In this document: one piece after another, positions 53,745-64,000 of the stretch
Layout of the letters: the number at the start of each line of letters is the position of its first letter
How positions within the stretch are numbered: position 1 is the first letter of the stretch
Source of the DNA: Octopus sinensis
Lineage: Eukaryota
Assembly: GCF_006345805.1 (NCBI RefSeq)
Contig: NC_042998.1
Span: 18,476,001-18,540,000 of the forward strand
Direction of reading: 5' to 3'
Length of the DNA stretch: 64,000 bases
Program-made: the position numbers and the translations under genes
Notes under the pieces: model-generated
The model's database searches: none
What the model saw: the letters and a program-made list of their open reading frames with translations, nothing else
Told to the model about the DNA's origin: nothing

Positions 53745-54370
53745 TCTTTTATTCCTTTACTTGCTTCGGTCATTTGACTGCGGCCTTACTGGAGTATTGC
53801 CTTTTAGTAGAAGAAATCGACATCCCAGGGCTTATTCTTTGTATGCCTAGAACTTGTCCTTACGTTCTCTTTTGTCGAAAGGCTGAATTACGAGGACCTA
53901 AGCACATCAACATCGGTTGTCAAGCGATGGTATGGGCCCAGACACAAAGACATATATTTATATTGTGGTTGTCTACTCCTTATGCAAAGTTTGCCTTTCT
54001 CCTGTACCTACATCTTAAAACCATCACGGCATCTGACGTGGTTTTAAAACCAGACAATCTTTTGAAATGAAACCCATATAGATTGCATATCCGATTTGCA
54101 TAACACAGACGCTGCAGTTGAAATATCTTTTCAGGCCTCCCTTAGATTTACAGACTTTCTGGCATACATTGCATTGAAAGGTGTGCACAGACAAGCAGAA
54201 TAGCTGGTGGAAGTTCGTTTTCCATGGGTTTTCCGTCTACGAAATCCATCCACAAGTTTTTATCGGCCCGAGACTAGAGTAGTAAACAGCTGCCCAAGGT
54301 GCCCTGCTGTGGAACTGAACCTGGTACCATGTGGATGGTAAGCACGCTTCTTACCAAACACCACGCCCGT
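53745..54370 (-). mobile_element. SINE family A split by a zinc-finger-encoding insertion
   Basis: 3' module at 53745-53948 and 5' module at ~54230-54370. Confidence 0.75.
53960..54215 (-). mobile_element. LINE-like fragment with decayed C2H2 zinc finger(s)
   Basis: FQCNVCQKVCKSKGGLKRY (C-x2-C-x12-H>Y) at 54123-54182, then CSVC and further broken finger-like sequence. Confidence 0.5.
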
Positions 54371-54374
54371 GATA

Positions 54375-54436
<62 letters not shown>

Positions 54437-54842
54437 AATATATATATATATATTATATATATAATATAATATATGTATAGGTGTGTGTGGTGTATGTGTG
54501 TGTGTCTGTGTGTGTGTGTGAGTGCGTGCGTGTGCGGTTTGTGTGTGTGCGCGTGTGTGTATGTGTGCACGGGCGAAAGTCAGTTACTGATTTTGATAAA
54601 AAGTCTCCCTGTTTTTACTGTCCCACTTCGAGATTGTATTTATATTGTGTGCACTAGTTCGATGATTTATTTTTCTGAAAGTCCTTGACTTTCCCCGATT
54701 GTTGCTCAGGTATTTACGAACAGAGCCAAGTGGTACAATTATTGGTATAAATGTGAATTTATAATCTGGGGTATAAAAACCTGAATCTTTCGAAACAGTT
54801 GTATGAATGTAGGTAGGTGTGTGAACATACATACATATATAT

Positions 54843-55043
54843 ATTTCTTTACTACCCACAAGGAGCTAAACACAGAAGGGACAAACAAGGACCGACAAAC
54901 GTAACTGGTACTTAATTTATCGACCCCGAAAGGATGAAAGGCAAAGTCGACCTCGGTGGAATTTGAACTCAGAACGTAACGACAGATGAAATTACGGCTA
55001 CCATTTCGCCCGGCGCGCTAACGTTTCTGCCAGCTCACCGCCT
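54843..55043 (-). mobile_element. SINE family B, near full length
   Basis: Matches 24929-25149 with one deletion. Confidence 0.88.
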
Positions 55044-55486
55044 GCATACATATATATAATTTTAGCTGCATCGACACCAATATGAATAATTTCAAACGTG
55101 CAACCTAGAAATATCGCTTATAAAAATGTATATATACATTACCTTATTTGTTGCATGATCATAAATCTTAATGTTGGCCCCTGCTGTCACACGCTTTCAC
55201 TTACATCAACCTTAATTAACCTTAATTATACCCCAAACTTTCCATCTGATTCACTGGAACAGCAACACTAGCTAAAACTCCTTCACGTTACAACTCACCT
55301 TCCTTGAAATTATGAAGGGCTGGTGATGTGAATGTAGAAAGATATACGGGGAGTGGGGCAAAAGTCACGCGCATAATAAGTTCAATATGCAACGGAGTCC
55401 TCAAATATATCATTCATCTTTTCTAGAATTGAATAAAATATAAATAAAATTATGATGAATACACACGTAATTGTAAATAAGGTACA

Positions 55487-55513
55487 AAATAATAATAATA
55501 ATAATAATAATAA

Positions 55514-55544
<31 letters not shown>

Positions 55545-55679
55545 AAAAGGGGAAGAAGAAAAGGAAGAAGAAAAGGGGAAGAAGAAAAGGAAGGAGAAGA
55601 AGAAGAAGAAGGGAAGAGGAAGGAGGAGAAGAAGAAGAAGAAGAAGAAGAAGAAGAAGAAGAAGAAGAAGAAGAAGGAA
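55487..55679. repeat. (AAT)n(AAG)n purine-rich compound microsatellite
   Basis: Direct. Confidence 0.95.
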
Positions 55680-58369
55680 TAGCGAAATATTTTGGTGCAT
55701 GACTTTCGGCCAATATCTCTATTACTGCTGAAAACAAGATGATATTGCCGTAGCAAAATGGCGGAGCAGCTAGGTGTTAAACCACTGCTCTATTATTCAA
55801 ATTGGGTCGACTCTTCCCCACCCAATATCCGAGTCAATTTGCGCATGCTTACAAGAAAGCTTTGTGAAGTGCAGAAGGGAAGAAAAAAAAGAGAACGTTG
55901 GAGAGAGAGAGAGAGAGAGAGACAGAGAGTTATGAGTCACAAAAGAGAAAATATAGGTTGATGGTATATTTCTGGATCAATCATTACAACCGGCAGAAAA
56001 TGAACAGTCGCATTTAATTACGTCTCTTTATGTTCAGAAATGTGATTAGAGTGTGGTCAACACTACCTTTCATCCTGTCTGAGATCGATATGATAAGTTA
56101 TAGTTATGAGGTTGGTAGCTATATAATCATGTAAAACTACACATTAACATAATTTGAAACATTGTGCTTGTAGTAGACATGTATTTTTAGTTACACTCCC
56201 TCGTGTCTGCTGTTTGAATGTCTCGACGGTTGATTTCGCATTCGATTGTTCTGGCCGTGCAATCAAATATTACGACAGATTCTCTCGAATTTACATAACC
56301 TTTAAAATACCTAGTTTTAGTCATCGTAATAACAACAAGAATATTTGTAGAGCTATGTAGATTGAATTCGATGGTAGATAGTTTTGTTCATTAGGTAATA
56401 ACTTTCTCTCTCATTCCTTAATATTTTTATAACTACACATTTTAAAATTAACTCTATTGCTTCTATATTTACAGTATTTTGCCTTCTTTTTTTTTTTGGT
56501 TTTTATTTAAACATTACACCTATCATTGTTTCCTTTCTTCCACTTAATCAATGGCCGCTGCCCAAAACTTGCAGTACAGGGTATATATAGCCTCGTTATG
56601 GCTATGAAAATTTTCTTGTAAATTCTCTTAATCTATCTCTCTAGTTGCCTCTTCTATTTTAGCCTCCATGTTCAAAATTGAAATTTAATGTTATCTGGCC
56701 GCGAACACTGATTGCGCTCGTGTCCCTCAGTTGAAGAACAAAATTTCGAATCAACTTAAGATTATGAGCTACGCTATATTTTCTTCGTCTGCGACAAGAT
56801 AAGGTCGGCACAATCGACGTTATTTGTTCAGGTTCATATAACGACAAAGTTGGCGCCATACATCAGGTTGCTGTTGAATAACCGTTAATATACTGTCTTG
56901 TAATAACAATCTTTCTGCTATTTGCAATCACCACACCAGGCTGTTCAAGGGTACTAGAGATGCCAGTTACTTACTATTTTCTGCGACTATGGAAACATAA
57001 TTATTCTCGCCAATTTCGTAGCAACCGCTCGGCAAAGAGTCATTATGATAAGACGCCAGACCTACGAGCTCATGTATTTCAGAATTCAAAATGCATTACC
57101 GTATGCTTCTGTCATTTACTTATGTCTTATGTGAAACGCGTAAAATAATATGCCTATACATTTCATTATATCTATCCATTTTCACGTATTTCATAAAGAA
57201 ATACTACACTATTATGTATGTAAGATTACATGATATTCATCATTTGCAAATACAATCACATTAAAAATCAATTGCATATATATATATGCAAGTGAACTTC
57301 ACAACTTCATATGTTTCTAAAATTTATATCTACATATTTATCTGTATATTTACCTTCCCTAAAATGGACTTGAAAGCTTTTATATTATTGGAAAACCTTT
57401 ATAAATTGGCTGAAGAGTACTCAGCATCTTAAATCTGCTGTAATACTTACAGCTTTTAATAAAATGTTGTAGTACGAAACAACTGTACCAAATCACCGGA
57501 GTCATTCTTGTTGCTTATTTTTGATTATAATCACCCCGAAAATTTTTATGGTAACACCATACAAAATTCTGTGGCACCTAAATTGTTGCTGATCATAATA
57601 TATATATATATATATATATATAGATATATATATATATATATTATATATATAAGTAGATAACTAGGTATTGCTAATGGTAGGTAAGAGAAAAATTAAAATG
57701 ACATGGCTTATTGCTTTTTCCTAAGTAATGTAAAATAAAACGTCCTGAAAATACGCTTATTGATTACATAGATAAAATTTCACTGATACAAGTGATTTTA
57801 TAATCTTAACTCAGCGTCTTGGAGTATATATATACACACTGTACCCAACAACTCGGTCACACAGAACACGCAATACCTATACAATAGACGCACACGTAAT
57901 CCTTTACAAACGCAGGTTTACATAATGCCATATACATACACAATACATGAACATAGGGTAACATATAGGCATGCACGTTTAATAGATGGAGCTCAGTAGC
58001 TCTAGATATAATGAATGACAAACCCGTGCATTAATCAATGAACTGTTATTAGACTTTTAGCTTGCGAATGAAAGCCGAAATCTAGTAGTGATTTTTTTTT
58101 AATCCGAAAGGAAACTAAGAGAAAAGATTCTGGATTTAATTTTAAAAATTCCAGTGAAAATGTAATTATGGTCTTCAGCATATCTCAAAGAAGTATACTT
58201 ATCCCCAAAACATTTTCATGAGAAGGAACATGTTTTACAAGACAAAAACTGTGGTATGGACTTTTAACCATTATAATATGTGTGTATAAATCCCACCAAA
58301 ATTATAAGCTAATGATAAGAATGCGTATGTGGGTCTGAGAAAATGTCATAAGAGCACGCACGCAGACAT

Positions 58370-58440
<71 letters not shown>

Positions 58441-59002
58441 AGAAAGAAAGAGAGAGACTGTGTGAATGAGTGAGTGAAATAGAAATGAAGAGAAAGAGAG
58501 GATGATAGAGACAGTAATTATATCTGAGTTGAGACTTTTGTATGCGTTTGAATGCTATATATATCTGAGCTGTGAGTTGCTTGTAAGAGATGAATAGAGT
58601 TTTTCCTCTAATAATAAAATCTGAAAGTAAATGACATGCTCATTAGAATACATTAGAGGCGTAGTACAAAAGAGCTTTGTGTTATGTCAAAATGTTCTGA
58701 AACGCTGCTCTTGTTAAGAAATATAACAATAAAACAACTGATTTACATTTTTAAATATGTTGAAATTACAAAATTAATTTTATGAATCAGCAACAATAGT
58801 AATACATGTTTATTGATATCGCTGTTCCCTACAAAACCTTTCTGTTAGTGTGAATATTTAGAGCAAAGCGGCTCATGCATAGGAAATTTGATTGTAAATA
58901 ACACTTGTACAAACAAAACAGCCTAGGAATGCCTCTCTTTTCAGAATACGGGTTCAAAAAATTATGTTCTCTGCTATCAGGATACAAAACTAACCTGATG
59001 AT

Positions 59003-59054
<52 letters not shown>

Positions 59055-59153
59055 AAACACACATTAGATGAGGGAGAGCTAGGCAGGTATAGATAACTAT
59101 GTGTGTACGAACATGTCTGTATAGGCATATATAAATATCTATCAATCAATAAT

Positions 59154-59207
<54 letters not shown>

Positions 59208-59273
59208 TATATATATAATTAAAATTCAGTTGAATTAGGCACAGCTCGAAGTTTTTATTCACCTATATATATA

Positions 59274-59739
59274 ATTGTATATAAAACGTAACAGTTTAGA
59301 AAAAACCCATTGGTTTCATATCTCGCGTGAACTAGACACCTCTTCAGTTTCTCTAATTGATAACTGTTCTCAGCAAAGAATGTTTTTTAAAAACACAAGA
59401 ACGCCGGTGATAGTCCAAGAAATATTCCTCCTCAAAAAGTAAGTCCGGGCGAGTTGTCTTTCTTCGCTTGATAGCTAGTTTTCCAACTTTGAAGTAAAAT
59501 ATTCCGAAATTTTTACTTGAAAATTGGCAAACCTAGCTATCAAGCGAAGAAAGACAACTCACCCGGACATAATGTGTTAAAGAGGAATATTTCTTGAACT
59601 CTCACCCACGTTCTTGCGTTTTAAAGAAAAACATTCTTTGCAGAGAACAGTTATTGTTTAGAGAAAGTGAAGAGATGTCTAATTCTCGCTAGATATGAAA
59701 CCAATTTTTTTCTCTAATCTATTACGTTACACATACAAT
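59274..59739. repeat. ~466-bp fold-back (imperfect palindrome) with a hammerhead motif in each arm
   Basis: Axis at ~59505; 59443-59478 matches the reverse complement of 59533-59568 at 35/36 nt. Confidence 0.92.
59296..59356 (-). ncRNA. Type I hammerhead motif, core intact
   Basis: TTAGAGAAA-CTGAAGA-G-GTGTCT(10)AGATAT-GAAA-CC-AATG-GG-T-T-TTTTCTAA: stem II with G-U pairs, helix III ACC/GGT with a 4-nt loop. Confidence 0.6.
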
Positions 59740-59869
59740 AATAAACAACTACTCTATATGTTATGATCTTATAACGAAGATAAATATATATATATATATA
59801 TGGTGCTTATGTGTGTGTGAGTGTAAATGTGTGTGTACATATATAGCCATACATATCTATCTATCTAAC

Positions 59870-60074
59870 TTGAATACGGTTAAAATATAGTACGGCTTTC
59901 ACGTTTTTTCATTATTGTACTATTTTAACAAAATTACCGTTTCCATACATAGAGTTCTAATCAGATTTCGAGTCATCTGAAATCTGATGAGTACACTATG
60001 TATGAAAACGCTAATTTTGTTAAAATACCAAAATGAAATACGTGAAAACCATACTATGTTTTAACTATATTCAA
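59870..60074. repeat. ~205-bp fold-back with a hammerhead motif in each arm
   Basis: Arms at 59870-59969 and 59979-60074 with a 9-nt spacer. Right arm reads GAAAT-CTGATGA-GTAC-ACTAT-GTAT-GAAA-ACGC-T-A-ATTTT. Confidence 0.88.
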
Positions 60075-60209
60075 CTTACATATTATTTTATTTACGTTCA
60101 CACAAATTCAAAATAGTATATATATATATATTTGTGCGTGTGTGAGTGCGTGTGTACATACATGCCACATGTTTTAATTTAAATTGATCTTGATGTTTTA
60201 TGCAAGAAA

Positions 60210-60655
60210 GGCGACCAAGTGGCTGGCTCGTTAGCTCGCCGAGCGAAATGTTTAGTTGGTATTTCGTCAGTCTTTTTATTCTGGATAGGAATTCCGCCGA
60301 GGTTGTCTCTGCATTTCAGTCTTTCGTGGTTGATAAAATAAGTGCCACTTTAGTACTGGAGTCGATGTAATTAACACGCTCCCCTACAGAGCTTACTGGT
60401 CTTGTGCCAAAATTTGAAACTAATATTTAATGCCACATATAAGACGGCTACCTAGCAGAATCGTTAGCACGATGGACAAAGTGGTTAGTAACATTTCATG
60501 CGTCCTTACATTCTCACTTCAAATTCCGCCGAGTTCGTCATTGCATTTCATCCTTTTGGATTCCATAAAATAATTACTAGTCAAGTACTTAGGTCGACGG
60601 AATTGATTAATCCCCTCCCCCATAGTATCTGGCCTTTTACCTATAATAGAAAGGA
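60210..60655 (+). mobile_element. Two old tandem SINE family B copies
   Basis: Heads at ~60210 and ~60443, each with TGCATTTCA.(C)TTT and AAGT..CACT/TCGA core remnants. Confidence 0.7.
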
Positions 60656-60757
60656 ACAGGTAATGCAACATCAACTGAGCAAATTGAACAACGTTTCCGA
60701 ACTTAAGTAGCCTACTTTCAATATCAGTATATGTATTCTGATTATGGTTCCCAATTT

Positions 60758-60975
60758 TTTTCTTTCTCTAGTTTCAGCTCAGAACTGAGCTGCGGCCATG
60801 CTGATACACCACCGTTTCTCTTTAGTCAGCAGACGTTCGCCATTACCTTCTGCCGGAGCCGCGTGGAGCGTAGGTGTTTTAGCTCATAAACACACACATC
60901 GCCCGGTCTGAGATTCGAACTCGCGATCTCTCGACCACGAGTCAGCTGCTCTAACAACTAGGCGATGTGCCTCCC
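60758..60975 (-). mobile_element. SINE with family D head and a third tail type
   Basis: GAGGCACATCGCCTAGTTGTTAGAGCAG..GAGTTCGAATCTCAGACCGGGCGATGTGTGTGTTTA head; tail CAGCATGGCCGCAG..TGAAACTAG resembles the family A 3' end. Confidence 0.75.
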
Positions 60976-61277
60976 TATGTATACTTTCATAATAATCACT
61001 GTATTTAACAACTACATTACTAGAAGTATCTGAAAGGAATGCCATATCTGAAAGCATAATTTCTCCCGATTATGAATTCTTCTATTGAAATGGGAAGGGT
61101 GATATTAAAACTGGCGATTTATTTATCCACATGTATCTCTTTTGTGATCAGGTATTTTGTAGCTCTCCTGTTATTGGGATAGTAAACGCATGACCTGCTG
61201 AATGAAACTTCATATTTTTATAACAACATTATCAGAATATATCCGATACATAATTGCAGCTAGCATATTTTAATACA

Positions 61278-61440
61278 CCGTATTTTAAAGTGTATAAGGA
61301 ACCCTCTAATTTTCAGGGCTTAAAATTTGGAGAAAAGGTTTTGTAAGGGATTAAAATACTATCCATGTATAAGAAACCCCTTATACCTTTAACCTAATTT
61401 TTGACCAAAAAATAGGTTCCTTATGCACGTTAAAGTACGG
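61278..61440. mobile_element. pogo/Tigger-like MITE (163 bp)
   Basis: 26-bp TIRs CCGTATTTTAAAGTGTATAAGGAACC / GGTTCCTTATGCACGTTAAAGTACGG (3 mismatches), TA on the right and CA on the left. Confidence 0.75.
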
Positions 61441-64000
61441 TATATGATTTTATTCTCATGTATTATTTTAGAAATTTACTTACGATCCAAATTTAATATT
61501 CTATTGACATCAGCGTTCAATTGAATATCTTCTTCCATCAAAATACTTCTTAATGAAAAAGTTTGGTTTTTTTTACATAAAATCTTTTTGTATCATTTTA
61601 TGAAATTTTATGAAATTACTAATTTTAATGAAATTACTAATTGGAGTCACTGAGGAAGTTTATTAAAATATGTACGGAATGTACTCTAACGTATATAGTA
61701 AAATTGATCCAAACGTTATAGATTATTTTTTCCTCATTCCTAGATTTAAATATAATTAATTGATTAGAAATTCAGAAACAAATTGATGTGGTGGGAAATG
61801 TGAGCTATTATACGACCATCACTGCTACTAAGAACACATTCGTCATCTAAATCTAATCCCGATAAAAACAACAGCAACTGCGAAAGGGGCAATATTTTTT
61901 TGGCACAATTGTATAAGACTACACAACTTTTCATAAGATATTGATATTGAATAGAATTCTACACAAATATTGACAATATTTGGCTTAATGCTTAATCTTC
62001 AATAATCTGTCATTATGTTGTCGATAAAGTCTTTCGTGATTGATGTCGAATATTATTTTTATTATTGTTGTTGCTGCTGCTGCAGCTCTCGTTTTTCTTG
62101 TTCTTATTATTCTAGAAATTTTTTGTTCTTTTTATTCTTTTTTACAGCTGTTCTTTCTCTTTGTTTTGCTTTGTTTTCTTGTTTTTTCCTATCGACCTTT
62201 TGTTCGTGTTGTTATTCGATTTGCTGAAGTAATTACATAATATGAAGATAGAAATCACACATATATGCAGCCGGCAGAAAAAAACAACAAAACAAAACAT
62301 TTAAACAAAACAAAAAAAAGCAAGAATCTGCAGCAGATTCGAAGGAAAATAACCTAAAGGAAGATAAAAGCAAATTTTAAATGGTATAGCTCGTTTAGAT
62401 AGCAGAGCAAACCTAAAATAAGAACTGACAGACAAACGCTTTCAGGCAAAAGTATTGAGTTACTAAGGTGGTATGCGGAAACGACATCAGAATAGTCAAT
62501 AAATCTGCTGCCAACGCAAGCTAGTTATTGTCTTGAACAGATCAATTCACATATTTTTTACTGACTGCCGCATATCCTGATGGTTCTGCAACCGGATTTA
62601 ACAAGAATATAATGAGAGAAAGCGGTCAAAAAGCATGAAACCAAGAACTGGTTAATAATGCTATAAGCCATGTGTTGTTGTTTTTTTCTTTGGTTCGGAA
62701 GAGAAGACATATAATCCATGTGGAGTTCGTATTGGCTCAGTCACTGTTTTCTTGCCTCATGATAAATAATTGCGGATTGAATTCAGGACTATAAGTTATA
62801 AAATTAGTTAATATATCTAAAATTCCGCGAAATTAAACATGAAATCAAATAACATATTGGATGCCTTACCGAATAGATGAGATCATTGAATAGTTACATA
62901 TATTGAATTTTATTTGGTGGGTATGTGGGGACAATGCCTTTCATAGAGAAAAGAGAGAGTGAGAGAAAACGAGCGTGAAGTTGTGAATGGCGGATAAATT
63001 GCCGAACTTGTGTCTTTGCTTGAGGTTTTAGTGATGTGAGTGTACAGAAATTTAGATGAGAATACAACCTTCATTTCTGGTGCAACATTTTGTAAACTTG
63101 CTCCACGCTTCATGGCGATATGGATAACCAAAACATCAATTTTTTTTATCACGATGACACTGACATGTGTTGAACAGAAAGTGAATGAAAGTGAAAGTAA
63201 ATCTTGCAACAGGTCAAAATTACAGCATCATTTGCAACTACGAATTATTTGAATTCACTTAGGTTTTCCGAATATGCACTGACTGCTATATTTCCTTTTT
63301 ATTTTATTGCACTTATTTTGCATGCAGAATATGTTTTGCTTTATATTTTTTCTCCAAGTGGAAAAACAAATTTCCCGATGATGAATAACAGAATTTGACA
63401 AAATTCGTATAAGACCAAGCGAAATAAATTGTGAGATATATGCTCTTTCGTTTCCGGGTTTCACGTTATGTAGTCATGAAAGGAGCAATATTTATTAAGT
63501 GGAACCAAGATACTCACTGACGTTTTCTTTCTAAATACATATTTTCTCAGTCTATATTTAAAAATAATGGCACAAATACAAACGTATGAACACTGCGTTA
63601 CGAGATGTAAACATGTGAACTTTACAATCTGATCTTATTCTTCCATCTCCAGAAGTCGTCTAATTATTTCCATAGATTATCCAACTATAGATATACGTTT
63701 TTCATATAGATAGCGGCCCTATTACAGGCCTCTAAGTTCATGTGAAAGAGTTGAAACGGCTTCTATAGCGTTAATCTATCAGATGCAAATCCTCTTTTTT
63801 CCTTGATTCCATGTTTCATGGGGAAAAAAATCATCCTCTCATATACATCTATTTATTACCAGCAACTGTATCATATTTATTCAAAATAAAACTGCAGAGA
63901 TATTGAACTCTAAATCAATGACCGAGTATCATAATAACATATTCAACGTACCAATTGAATAATCTTTTCTACTCTAGGCCCAAGGACCGAAATTTTAGAG

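Noticed and set aside
54135-54180. Apparent 46-nt exon (TTTTCAG|...|GTGTGC; ASLRFTDFLAYIALK)
   Set aside because: Weak donor, and it is the antisense of the zinc-finger fossil nested within a SINE.
57133-57146. GAAACGCGTA (3' half of a hammerhead)
   Set aside because: No recognisable CTGANGA core or stem II upstream, and the upstream GIY-YIG-like reading is unconvincing.

Overview
AT-rich, microsatellite-dense eukaryotic non-coding DNA, most likely octopus (cephalopod). This is inferred from the dense tRNA-derived SINEs and the very high simple-repeat content; no database search was run. I cannot support any intact host protein-coding gene: most ORFs in the supplied track translate simple repeats or SINEs. 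The window holds about 30 SINE copies from at least 4 families, decayed DNA transposons (piggyBac-like, internally deleted mariner, pogo-like MITE, non-autonomous Helitron), LINE fossils (L1/Tx1-like RT and three zinc-finger-bearing RTE-like 3' ends) and one 100-N gap. The most notable signal is a set of at least five unrelated small elements carrying minimal type I hammerhead ribozyme motifs of the Penelope-like/retrozyme style. One has an intact core (36193-36245). One family has three complete copies with a fixed A6U core variant. Two adjacent fold-back elements each carry a hammerhead motif in both arms. One element joins a Pol III (tRNA-type) head to a hammerhead-bearing tail. A 3x102-bp array upstream of a correctly spaced TATA/Inr promoter and a short basic ORF (48278-48818) remains unexplained. 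Coordinates were read by eye, and the ends of degenerate elements are approximate.
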